Notes under the pieces: generated by a model
Told to the model about the DNA's origin: nothing
Seen by the model: the letters and a program-made list of their open reading frames with translations, nothing else
Databases searched by the model: none
Shown: one piece after another, positions 17,340 through 25,992 of the stretch
Numbering within the stretch: the first letter of the stretch is position 1
Layout: every line of letters begins with the position of its first letter
Program-made: the position numbers and the translations under genes
Source: Candidatus Micrarchaeia archaeon
GTDB lineage: Archaea > Micrarchaeota > Micrarchaeia > Micrarchaeales > Micrarchaeaceae
Reading direction: 5' to 3'
Length of the DNA stretch: 52,257 bases
Assembly (NCBI GenBank): GCA_049965155.1
Contig: JBMFWP010000002.1
Location: forward strand, 1-52,257

Positions 17340-17442
17340 TGCGGGGGGTGAGATTCGGACTCACGAAGGTGCTAGACCACAGGATCTTAAGTCCTGCGCA
17401 TTTTTCCGTGGCCTGAGCCAAACCAGACTTTGCTACCCCCGC
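17340..17442 (-). tRNA. tRNA-Leu (anticodon UAA) carrying a 20-nt insertion (putative non-canonical intron) in the 3' side of the D-arm
   Basis: Minus-strand read: GCGGGGG TA GCA AAGTCTGGTT TG[GCTCAGGCCACGGAAAAATG]C G CAGGA CTTAAGA TCCTG TGGTCTAGCACCTTC GTGAG TCCGAAT CTCAC CCCCCGC A. The 7-bp acceptor, 5-bp anticodon stem, 5-bp T stem and long variable arm are all intact. A D stem forms only if the bracketed 20 nt are removed. No CCA is encoded. Confidence 0.8.
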
Positions 17443-17450
17443 CCATATAT

Positions 17451-18197
17451 TCATGCATACATCGACGGGCCTGTCGAAGGCTGGGCCTCTATGTCGTGCG
17501 GCGACTCCTTGCTCTTCTCGAGCAGGTCGCGTATCCTCGCCTCTACCTCCTTCGCCTCTTTGTCGAGCTCGCTCACGTCTATGTCTATATCGAGTATCTT
17601 GTTTATCTTCTCTATTGCGAGCTCTGCATATTTTGGGTCTATCATCTCCGGGTTGACCTGCACCAGCAGGTTTATGTCGCTGGTGCCGTCTATCGCGGCC
17701 CTCATAATCAAGCATGCACTTATTCCCGTAGCAACTCCCTCCCCTATCTTCTTGACGCCTGCGTCATCGAGAGTTTTGCTGAGCTTTGGCAAAGACACTA
17801 TGCCGAATACCGAATCGCCATCAGGCTTTTCTACAGGTACCCCGCTAAGCGATATGGTCATAGAGAACTTGTTATCCTTTATGAACTCGTGCAGCGAGTC
17901 TGCTATATGATATATGGATGCCTCCTTGTTTGGGCTGGTCTCGGCGAAAAGCGCCGCTATCTTGTACTTCTTCGAATAGTAAAGCCTTACGGGCGGAAGC
18001 GGCATGTCGTTGTGTATCGATACCAGCGGCGGCAGCAGCTCACTGTCCACATATCCAACATAATCCATCGAGAGCTTGTTCACAATATAGCTTATGGCCA
18101 TAGGCCCGACGAGCCCCGCTCCGGGAAACCCTTCTATGAACGTGCAACCGCTAAAGTCTATCTGCTTCAAAAGCTTTATCTCTACCATATGTATCAA
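17451..18197 (-). CDS. PAC2-family proteasome assembly chaperone (PbaA/PbaB-like)
   Basis: 248 aa. ..GCTFIEGFPGAGLVGPMAISYIV.. is the PAC2/COG1938 N-terminal signature. A coiled C-terminal tail ends in ..SMYA, which fits a hydrophobic-Tyr-X (HbYX) proteasome-docking motif. Confidence 0.75.
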   Translation of the reverse strand: MIHMVEIKLLKQIDFSGCTFIEGFPGAGLVGPMAISYIVNKLSMDYVGYVDSELLPPLVSIHNDMPLPPVRLYYSKKYKIAALFAETSPNKEASIYHIADSLHEFIKDNKFSMTISLSGVPVEKPDGDSVFGIVSLPKLSKTLDDAGVKKIGEGVATGISACLIMRAAIDGTSDINLLVQVNPEMIDPKYAELAIEKINKILDIDIDVSELDKEAKEVEARIRDLLEKSKESPHDIEAQPSTGPSMYA

Positions 18198-18383
18198 TAG
18201 TTCTGTTGATAGAACATATAAAAAATGTAGCTTAAATAATTAGGTACTGGCTGCAACGTGCGAAGCTTCCTTATTTTCCGCCCAATCGGAACATATTTAT
18301 ATCTCATAAAAATGCAGTTTTTATGACGATAGACGACGATACTTATTTAAATCTATATTATTTATAAGATTAAATGTGATTAA

Positions 18384-18608
18384 ATGGCTGAAAGAGTAGG
18401 AAGCGAAGCAATAGAGAGAGAAGATGGCTACCTCTATTATCTTGGAAAGGACGGATACGCTTGGAGAACCCCAATGAAGTCCAACAAGCGCGGAAGGAAG
18501 CAGAGGGTTGGATCTGAGAAGATACAGAGGGCTGACGGCTACCTGTACTTTATAGATAAGAAGGGCTACATAGCAAGGACCAAGATGAACAGGAGAGGAA
18601 GGAGGTAA
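18384..18608 (+). CDS. Small, very basic protein built from two tandem ~35-aa repeats (unknown family)
   Basis: 74 aa. RVGSEAIEREDGYLYYLGKDGYAWRTPMKSNKRGRK aligns with RVGSEKIQRADGYLYFIDKKGYIARTKMNRRGRR. The repeats differ at synonymous sites (GGC TAC CTC TAT versus GGC TAC CTG TAC), which supports real coding. There is an AT-rich promoter region, a GTGAT Shine-Dalgarno-like element 3 nt before the ATG, and T-tracts after the stop. Confidence 0.55.
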   Translation: MAERVGSEAIEREDGYLYYLGKDGYAWRTPMKSNKRGRKQRVGSEKIQRADGYLYFIDKKGYIARTKMNRRGRR

Positions 18609-18614
18609 ATAACC

Positions 18615-18660
18615 GCTTTTTGTTTAAATCTTTTTCTTTAATCTTTTTCTGTTTTTTTCT
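18615..18660 (+). terminator. Oligo-T tract cluster (probable archaeal intrinsic terminator)
   Basis: gctttttgtttaaatctttttctttaatctttttctgtttttttct lies directly after the stop at 18606-18608. It has several T5-T7 runs and a duplicated aatctttttct unit. Confidence 0.4.
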
Positions 18661-18752
18661 CGTGCAGTCAGTGCTCGCCTTGTAAATGCATAAACACGTC
18701 AAAAAGGCAAACTATAAATCCACGCCTGTACAAATATCATATCGGCGTTGCG

Positions 18753-19325
18753 ATGATTGTAGATGAAATAAAGATTGAGGCCTGCAAAGGCGTTTACATG
18801 CCGCGTGAAGACTCGTACCTGCTTGCCTCGGCGGCAGAGAAGTATGCAAGCGGTAGGGTTCTCGACCTGGGTACAGGAAGCGGGATAAACGGGATAGTAG
18901 CGGCAAAGAAAGGCTGCGATGTGACGTTTGCTGATGTCAATAGCATAGCGCTTTCGTGCGCCAGGCACAACGCCGAGCTCAACAGTGTAAAGGGCGAATT
19001 CGTGAACACCAACTTGTTCAGCAATATAAGCAAGAAATACAATACCATATTGTTCAACCCCCCATACCTGCATTCTAAACCGCTCCAGAAAATAAAGAAC
19101 GCGGATGGCGAAGACATTGCTGTAAACGGCGGGGCTGACGGTCGCGAGCTGATTGATTCTTTCCTCAACACCTACAGGGACTACGTGCTGCCTAGCCATA
19201 CTGTGCTGCTTGTGGAAAGCTCGCTTAACAGGTACGAGGAGGATGTCAAAATGCATCATGCAGAGATTATAGGCACAAAGCCCTTCATGTTCGAGACCAT
19301 CGTAGTATTGAAGATAAGTGATTGA
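18753..19325 (+). CDS. HemK/PrmC-related N5-glutamine methyltransferase (Mtq2-like)
   Basis: 190 aa. SAM motif VLDLGTGSGINGI and catalytic NPPY (ILFNPPYL). Confidence 0.8.
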   Translation: MIVDEIKIEACKGVYMPREDSYLLASAAEKYASGRVLDLGTGSGINGIVAAKKGCDVTFADVNSIALSCARHNAELNSVKGEFVNTNLFSNISKKYNTILFNPPYLHSKPLQKIKNADGEDIAVNGGADGRELIDSFLNTYRDYVLPSHTVLLVESSLNRYEEDVKMHHAEIIGTKPFMFETIVVLKISD

Positions 19326-19814
19326 ATGCCAACCAATGTCGAATTCGTGGACATGGAAAAAGATGAAGATACTTCCATAATTATAGGTCATGCAGGATTC
19401 ATAAAAACTGTAGAAGACCTATATGAGGCGCTTGCAAATGCAGTGCCGCAGATAAAATTCGGTCTCGCCTTCGCCGAGGCAAGCGGCAAGCGCCTTCTGA
19501 GGAGTGATGGCAACGACAAGCAGCTGGAAGAGCTGGCTCAAAGGAACCTGATGGCGATAAACGCTGGCCACACTTTCCTAATATTGTTCAAAAACGCCTA
19601 TCCAATAAACGTGGTGAAGCACGTACGCGATGTGAATGAAGTCGTATCTATCTATTGCGCTACAGCAAATCCCGTTTCGGTTGCGATAGCGAATGCCAAC
19701 GACAAGAGGGCTGTGGTGGGCATATCTGATGGGGACACAATGCTCGGGATAGAGAAAGATGCGGACAAGAAGGAGCGGCATGACCTGCTGCGCAAAATAG
19801 GCTATAAGAAGTAA
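19326..19814 (+). CDS. Adenosine-specific kinase family protein (PF04008-like)
   Basis: 162 aa. ..IIGHAGFIKTVEDLYEAL...IKFGLAFAEASGKRLLRSDGND...AGHTFLILFKNAYPINVVKHV...YCATANPV...LLRKIGYK matches my recollection of this family's conserved blocks. Confidence 0.7.
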   Translation: MPTNVEFVDMEKDEDTSIIIGHAGFIKTVEDLYEALANAVPQIKFGLAFAEASGKRLLRSDGNDKQLEELAQRNLMAINAGHTFLILFKNAYPINVVKHVRDVNEVVSIYCATANPVSVAIANANDKRAVVGISDGDTMLGIEKDADKKERHDLLRKIGYKK

Positions 19815-19820
19815 TGAAAC

Positions 19821-21440
19821 CTATAACGTGCCCCTGCCCTCCCTCTTTGCTATGCTGGCCTTGACGAACTCCAAAAATAGAGGCGCAGGCCGGCCCGGCG
19901 TGGACTTCAATTCGGGGTGCGCCTGCGTGCCTATGCCGAATGAATCCTTCCACTCCACAGTCTCGACCAATTTGTCCTTTGGAGTCACGCTCGATATGAT
20001 GAATCCCTGGTTCTCCATACTATTCATGTACTTGTTATTGAATTCATACCTGTGCCTATGCCTCTCATGGAAGGCATCGCTTTTGTACGCTCTATAAGCA
20101 ATCGAATCCTTCTTTATTATCCTGCCCTCCCATGTGCCTAGTCTCATAGTCGCACCTTTATACTCCTGCCGCCGCTGCGAAGGCAATGTGTATATGACTT
20201 TGTACCGCGTCTTGGGATCAAATTCAGTAGAATTGGCGCCTTTCATGCCGCACACATTCCTCGCATATTCTATTGACATGAGCTGCATGCCTAGGCACAG
20301 GCCCAAGTAGGGTGTCTTGCTCTCGCGGGCATATGCTATCGCATTAATCATGCCCTCTATGCCCCTCTTCCCGAAACCTCCTGGCACTATTATCCCGTCC
20401 AAGTCCTCAAGATACTTATGCCCATCCCCGCTCTCGAGTGATTCTGACTCTATCCATCTTATATTGACCCTCGAGTCGAGCGCTGCGCCGGAATGCACCA
20501 ATGCCTCCTTGACGCTTATGTATGCATCGCGCAGCTCCACATATTTGCCGACTATGCCTATATTAACCTCCTTTTTCGGATGCAGCAAAGCATTATTGAG
20601 CTTCTTCAGGCCGTTCAGCTTCTCCTTCGATATGCTCCTCTTATGCAGGCCCAGCTCGTCTATTAGCATCTTGTCAAATCCCTGATCCATAAAATGCAAG
20701 GGTATGGTATAAAGGTGCGACAGTGTGGAGTCATCAAATATGTGCGACTCGTCAATATTCGTGAAAAGGGAAAGCTTCATCTTGGTCTTTTTCTGCAACT
20801 CTCCCTCTGTCCTGCAGAAAAGGAAATTTGGCTTTATACCTAGGGCCATCATGGCCCTATACGCTATCTGTGTCGGTTTCGTTTTCTGCTCGCCGACCAC
20901 ATCGAGCATAGGAAGGTAAGTCAAAGATGCAAATACAACTTTCTCCTTTAGCATGAGCTGTCTCATCGCCTCAACGAAATAGCTGTTCTCTATATCTCCC
21001 AGTGTTCCGCCCACTTCTATGACCATCACATCAAGGTTATTTTTCTCTGCAATCCCTTTTATCCTGGACAGGATTTCGTTCGTTAGGTGCGGTATTATCT
21101 GCACGTCTTCGCCAAGGTATTCGCCTTTCCTCTCTTTCTTTATTATAGCGCTGAACAACTTGCCCCCAGTTATGGAAAGCTCGCCGAACAGGGGCTTTTC
21201 AAGGAACCTCTCATACATGCCGAAATCCATATCGACTTCGCTCTTGTCGTCAAGTACAAAGACCTCGCCGTGCCTGTAAGGGTTCATGGTGCCGCAATCG
21301 TAATTGAGGTATCCGTCGAATTTTACTGGCAGCACCTTATACCCATACATATCGAGTATTTTCAATATAGAAGAAGTTATCAAACCCTTGCCCATGCCAC
21401 TCATGAGCGACCCCGTCACAACAACAAACTTGGTTCGCAT
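19821..21440 (-). CDS. pyrG: CTP synthase
   Basis: 539 aa. N-terminal synthase domain (..GTMNPYRHGEVFVLDD..DMDFGMYERF..) and C-terminal GATase with GLCLGMQ and HRHRYEFN. Confidence 0.95.
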   Translation of the reverse strand: MRTKFVVVTGSLMSGMGKGLITSSILKILDMYGYKVLPVKFDGYLNYDCGTMNPYRHGEVFVLDDKSEVDMDFGMYERFLEKPLFGELSITGGKLFSAIIKKERKGEYLGEDVQIIPHLTNEILSRIKGIAEKNNLDVMVIEVGGTLGDIENSYFVEAMRQLMLKEKVVFASLTYLPMLDVVGEQKTKPTQIAYRAMMALGIKPNFLFCRTEGELQKKTKMKLSLFTNIDESHIFDDSTLSHLYTIPLHFMDQGFDKMLIDELGLHKRSISKEKLNGLKKLNNALLHPKKEVNIGIVGKYVELRDAYISVKEALVHSGAALDSRVNIRWIESESLESGDGHKYLEDLDGIIVPGGFGKRGIEGMINAIAYARESKTPYLGLCLGMQLMSIEYARNVCGMKGANSTEFDPKTRYKVIYTLPSQRRQEYKGATMRLGTWEGRIIKKDSIAYRAYKSDAFHERHRHRYEFNNKYMNSMENQGFIISSVTPKDKLVETVEWKDSFGIGTQAHPELKSTPGRPAPLFLEFVKASIAKREGRGTL

Positions 21441-21494
21441 GTAATTTATTTACTGATAAATAATAAATACTTTTTGAAAAGCGTGTTATCTACG

Positions 21495-22502
21495 TCATGG
21501 CACTCTGTACCCAGAGTACCAAGATCCGATGAAGGTAGGCCCCCCATTGTAATAATTGTATGATGCCCCTCCATTGTCGTTATCCCCGCTATAATCATTC
21601 GCATTGCCATTGAGCGGCCACCATCCGATTAAGCTCTGTATACTGATCGGCGCGCCTCCAATGCCTTCCTGATAAAGCGCTTGCATCTCATTCGATGAAA
21701 GTGCAGAATCGTAGAGCTGAAAATTTGCGATATATATGTTAGAAGATATTTCATCGCCACCTGGAGGATTACTGGTAAAACCCAATGTCGGGTTAACCAT
21801 TTCTGCAAGCGCGGTATTGCTAGGAACTGTAAAAGTAGTAGAGTAAAGGTAACCATTGACAGATACATTTACTGCATCATAATTTGCAATGGATATTATA
21901 ACATTCTCCCAAGTGTGTGGGGCGATACTGCCAGATGGTGTAGTATAAGTTTGCCAATCCTGCGGCCAATATTCGGCATAAGAAATTGCCCCACCGTTAT
22001 TTGCGCCCAATGCAGAAAAGTCAAAGTTTTGGCCTCCTCCAACCCCGTTGTTTGTAGAGGCATTATATATGTCAAAAATAGGGGTAGAGCACCCAGCATA
22101 AGGTCCGCAGCCATAATAAGTTCCTGCTGGGTTATTGTCATAAAACCATAGGCTGATGCTAAAGTTGGTAGTATAAAGGGGTATATGAATGCCCTCCATA
22201 GGCTTGCCAGTAAAGTACGCCACATACTGCGGTATCTCCCCGTTGCACTCCCCAGAGATTGATATGAATGCAGTGGTGCCTGCGCCTTCGGGTCTCACTA
22301 CCTGGCAAGATCCAGGTGAAGCCTTGGGTGCGAACGTCATCGGATTAAATACACCCAATTCAAACAACGCCGCGAGAACCACAGCGATGATAAGTATCGC
22401 CCATCCATAGGTCATGAGGTATTCCATTGCGGACTGCGACTTGAAACCCCTATTGAATCCCTCATGCAAATCTCTTTTGTGGAAAGCCTCCATGCGCCTC
22501 AC
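21495..22502 (-). CDS. Type IV pilin-like (class III signal peptide) protein with a LamG/concanavalin-like domain
   Basis: 335 aa. The N-terminus ..GFKSQSAMEYLMTYGWAILIIAVVLAALFELG.. is the archaeal prepilin-type signal. The C-terminal part ..WENVIISI...VSVNGYLY...IANFQLYDSALSSNEMQALYQEG resembles LamG (Laminin_G_3) blocks. It has many N-x-S/T sequons. Confidence 0.7.
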   Translation of the reverse strand: MRRMEAFHKRDLHEGFNRGFKSQSAMEYLMTYGWAILIIAVVLAALFELGVFNPMTFAPKASPGSCQVVRPEGAGTTAFISISGECNGEIPQYVAYFTGKPMEGIHIPLYTTNFSISLWFYDNNPAGTYYGCGPYAGCSTPIFDIYNASTNNGVGGGQNFDFSALGANNGGAISYAEYWPQDWQTYTTPSGSIAPHTWENVIISIANYDAVNVSVNGYLYSTTFTVPSNTALAEMVNPTLGFTSNPPGGDEISSNIYIANFQLYDSALSSNEMQALYQEGIGGAPISIQSLIGWWPLNGNANDYSGDNDNGGASYNYYNGGPTFIGSWYSGYRVP

Positions 22503-22592
22503 ACTTAATGTTCAAAAAAAGCATAAATACATTACTAGCAGTGAGGCAAAATATTGCATAAGGTTTATTAATAATCGGCGAGATTCTATACT

Positions 22593-23528
22593 ATGCAGCG
22601 CAAAGAATTTGACCATACCAACAATGAAGTCAGTGCAATCGGGGTTGGTACATGGAAGCTCGGTAAAAACCCCAAAGAGGAAATAGAAGCGTTGCGATAC
22701 GCCATATCTAACGGCATCAATTTCATAGATACTGCGGAGATGTATGGCACGGAAGGTTTGGTACGCTCTGCCATAGGAGGTGTAGACAGAAAATCGCTGT
22801 TCATAGCCACAAAGGTTTCTCCGCACAATTTCCACTACTCCGATGTCATACGGTCTTGCGAAGCCAGCCTATCGAGGCTCGGCACCGATTACATAGATTT
22901 ATACCAGCTCCATTGGCCGAACCATTCAATCCCTATAAGCGAGACCATGTCTGCAATGGAAAAGCTTGCAGATGACGGCAAGATAAAGCACATAGGGGTA
23001 AGCAATTTCTCAGTGAAAGAACTGCAGGAGGCGCAAGCCGTCATGAAAGGGCACAGGATTGTATCCGATCAGGTCGAATACAGCGTATTCGTGCGCACCA
23101 TTGAAGAAGAAGGCCTGCCAGAATACTGCAGGAAGAAAGGCATAGCGATAATAGCTTATAGCCCTCTTGCGCGCGGCCTGATATCGAGGAGCGGCGATTC
23201 CAAAATAGGCAAGGTCCTAGAATTGATAGCCAAAAAGCACAATGTGTCCACTGCCCAAGTGGCATTGAACTGGCTAGTGTCCAAAGGCAATGTTGTGCCG
23301 ATACCAAAGGCTTCAAATGCTGAGCACATGAAAGAGAATATTGCATCTACTGATTTTACTCTGGATACTTCCGATATTGCAGAGATAGACTGCACTGCTA
23401 ACCGAAAGAGACCGATAGGTAGCGTGTTCAGGCCTTTGCTGAAGAAGAATGCTGCATGGTCAAGGGTAATGACAATGATGGGCAGCAAAAATGCAAAAAT
23501 TGACGGTGCTAATATTGAAAAGGAATGA
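22593..23528 (+). CDS. Aldo/keto reductase
   Basis: 311 aa. ..GVGTWKLG...INFIDTAEMYG...IDLYQLHWP...HIGVSNF...IAYSPLARG.. are canonical AKR blocks. Confidence 0.9.
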   Translation: MQRKEFDHTNNEVSAIGVGTWKLGKNPKEEIEALRYAISNGINFIDTAEMYGTEGLVRSAIGGVDRKSLFIATKVSPHNFHYSDVIRSCEASLSRLGTDYIDLYQLHWPNHSIPISETMSAMEKLADDGKIKHIGVSNFSVKELQEAQAVMKGHRIVSDQVEYSVFVRTIEEEGLPEYCRKKGIAIIAYSPLARGLISRSGDSKIGKVLELIAKKHNVSTAQVALNWLVSKGNVVPIPKASNAEHMKENIASTDFTLDTSDIAEIDCTANRKRPIGSVFRPLLKKNAAWSRVMTMMGSKNAKIDGANIEKE

Positions 23529-25914
23529 GGGCAGCATAAGCGATGCTAAAAAGGCAATCCAGGAACAGCGAACATCGATAGAGAAGGGGCTTTCCGAAGC
23601 AGAGGCATCGAGCAGGCTCCAGAAATACGGACCTAACGAAATAACAGAGAAAAAGAAGAGCTCTGCACTACTGTTTGCTAGCAAGTTCTACGGCCCAATA
23701 CCGTTCATGCTAGAGATAATTATAGTGCTTACATATTTTCTCAAAGACTTCAAGGACTTCTATATAATACTCGCATTGCTGATATTCAACGGCTTAGTCA
23801 GTTTCATGGAAGAGAGAACAGCTGACAATTCTATAGAGCTGCTGAAGAACAGACTGCGCGTAAGTGCACGAGTACTTAGATCAGGAGCATGGTCGATAAA
23901 GCCTGCAAAAGAGGTAGTGCCAGGAGACATAATACGTCTTCGCATGGGGGATGTAGTGCCTGCCGATGGTGTAGCGGTATCATCAGATGGCCTAAGGGCT
24001 GACCAGTCTATCCTCACCGGAGAAACCATGCCATCTAAGAAGGGTATAGGAGACAAAGTATATTCCGGGTCAGTGATAACCGGCGGCGAAGGTCTGTGCG
24101 TAGTCACTGCTACTGGTTATAGTACATATTACGGCAAGACGACCAAGCTCGTTCAGGAGGCCAAGCCCAAGCTGCACCTCCAGACTCTGATAGTGGATGT
24201 AGTGCGCTACCTTATAATAATGGACTTGGTGCTCGTATCATTGCTCTTCATAATAGCGACATACATTTTCGGGTATTCCCCAATAGAGCTGCTGCCCTTC
24301 ATACTCGTAGTTGTCATAGCATCAGTGCCTGTTGCTCTGCCTGCAGCATTTACCGTGACCATGGCGACCGGCACCGAGCGGCTCGCAGCAAAATCCGTTC
24401 TTGTCACTAAGCTCGAGGCAATAGAAGAAACCTCAACGGTAAATGTGATATGCTTCGATAAGACTGGTACGATAACTGAGAACAAGCTTGAAGTCAAAGA
24501 GGTTTTTGTAGTAAACGGAGCGAGCGAGCGTGATGTAATGCTTGCTGCATCCCTATGTTCAAGAAGAGCGGACAATGACCCAATAGACAATGCGGTTCTC
24601 GACTATGCAGCAAAGCTGGGCATAAAGACCTCAGGCTATGAGATAAAGAAGTTCGTGCCATTCCAGCCGAAGACCAAGGAAGCGAGTGCAGCAGTGCAGC
24701 ACGGAGGCAAAAGGTTCACAGTATCAAAGGGTGCTGTGCCTGTCCTACTTTCAGACATACGTACAGAAGGCAAAATCGCGTCGGTATTGAACCGCAAGAC
24801 CATGGAGTTTTCAAGGAACAAGTTCAGGACAATAGCGGTTTCGGCATACGTCTTGGGAAAGCCGAGGATAATCGGCATAATAGCGCTGTACGACAAGCCC
24901 AGGAAAGACTCCAAGGAGCTGATAAAGGAGCTGAAGTCCCTGGGCATAAGGGTGAAGATGCTTACCGGCGACGACGTAAACATAGCAGAGGAGATAGCCA
25001 AGGAGGTCGGTATAGAGGGCAAGGTCATGAGCGTTAACGAGCTGAAAGGCAAGACAGAGGACCAGGTCAAGGACATGATAGACAGGACCGAAGTATTTGC
25101 AGAGATATACCCTGACGACAAGTTCACCATAGTGAAGGCGCTGCAGGACAAGGGCTACCGGGTCAGCATGACCGGAGACGGAGTCAACGATGCCCCCGCA
25201 TTGAAGCAAGCTGAAGTGGGCATAGCAGTTGAGAACGCCACAGATGTAGCAAAGAGTGTAGCTGCGGTTGTCCTTGAAAAGAGCGGCGTAGAAGTCATAG
25301 TGGACATGATAAAGGAGAGCAGGATGATATTCGAGCGCATGATGACCTACACGATAACCAAGATAACTAGGGTAATACAGATACTGTTCTTCATATTCAT
25401 AGCGTTCATGCTACTCAGGTCCATGCCCATCCTGCCGTTTGAGCTCATACTGCTGATATTTACTAACGACATAGTCAACATAAGCGTTGCTACCGACCAC
25501 ACCAAGTACTCTATCAAGCCCGACGTGTGGAACGTAGGATCGCTGATAAATATCTCGCTGCTGCTGGGCATATCAATGCTTGCGGTCTCGCTTGCGTTCA
25601 TACCAATTGCAAGATACCTAGTCCTTGGCTTGGCGGCGTTCCAGACATTCGCTTTCCTCATGATAAACGTGACTGACAATATACTATTATATGGCATAAG
25701 GGCGCGCTCCAAGGCATTCGGCATCAGGCCCAGCTCCAAGCTCGTTGCGGCTTCTATAGGCGGCGTGCTGTTCGGCATACTCATATCATACTACGGCATA
25801 ATAGTGCATCCGATAAGTGCATCTACGATAATCGTGCTGCTCGTTGCCGCAGCCGCATTCATGACACTGTTCAATATTACGCGCATATACATATTCAAAG
25901 TGCACAATGTGTAA
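23491..25914 (+). CDS. P-type ATPase, type IIIA (plasma-membrane H+-ATPase-like)
   Basis: 807 aa. TGET-type motif (LTGETMP), phosphorylation site CFDKTGTITENK, MLTGDD and MTGDGVNDAPALKQAEVGIAV. The size and N-terminus (GLSEAEASSRLQKYGPNEI) fit the proton-pump subfamily. The start necessarily overlaps the AKR gene. Confidence 0.9.
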   Translation: MQKLTVLILKRNEGSISDAKKAIQEQRTSIEKGLSEAEASSRLQKYGPNEITEKKKSSALLFASKFYGPIPFMLEIIIVLTYFLKDFKDFYIILALLIFNGLVSFMEERTADNSIELLKNRLRVSARVLRSGAWSIKPAKEVVPGDIIRLRMGDVVPADGVAVSSDGLRADQSILTGETMPSKKGIGDKVYSGSVITGGEGLCVVTATGYSTYYGKTTKLVQEAKPKLHLQTLIVDVVRYLIIMDLVLVSLLFIIATYIFGYSPIELLPFILVVVIASVPVALPAAFTVTMATGTERLAAKSVLVTKLEAIEETSTVNVICFDKTGTITENKLEVKEVFVVNGASERDVMLAASLCSRRADNDPIDNAVLDYAAKLGIKTSGYEIKKFVPFQPKTKEASAAVQHGGKRFTVSKGAVPVLLSDIRTEGKIASVLNRKTMEFSRNKFRTIAVSAYVLGKPRIIGIIALYDKPRKDSKELIKELKSLGIRVKMLTGDDVNIAEEIAKEVGIEGKVMSVNELKGKTEDQVKDMIDRTEVFAEIYPDDKFTIVKALQDKGYRVSMTGDGVNDAPALKQAEVGIAVENATDVAKSVAAVVLEKSGVEVIVDMIKESRMIFERMMTYTITKITRVIQILFFIFIAFMLLRSMPILPFELILLIFTNDIVNISVATDHTKYSIKPDVWNVGSLINISLLLGISMLAVSLAFIPIARYLVLGLAAFQTFAFLMINVTDNILLYGIRARSKAFGIRPSSKLVAASIGGVLFGILISYYGIIVHPISASTIIVLLVAAAAFMTLFNITRIYIFKVHNV

Positions 25915-25992
25915 CAATTAAGCTATACTAAAGTATACTTCCTTGAAATCAAGCTTTTTATTCGTGCTATGTGCTGTAATACGCGTGAGTAC

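Noticed and set aside
17251-17715. 154-aa minus-strand ORF (Arg/Gly/Pro-rich) spanning the tRNA-Leu locus.
   Set aside because: It overlaps a well-formed tRNA and the 3' end of the PAC2-like gene in another frame. Its composition is unlike any real protein in the window.
22503-22592. Switch from mostly minus-strand genes (1-22502) to mostly plus-strand genes (22593-40678), considered as a replication origin.
   Set aside because: The 90-nt spacer has no ORB-like inverted repeats, no extended AT-rich unwinding element, and no adjacent orc1/cdc6 gene.
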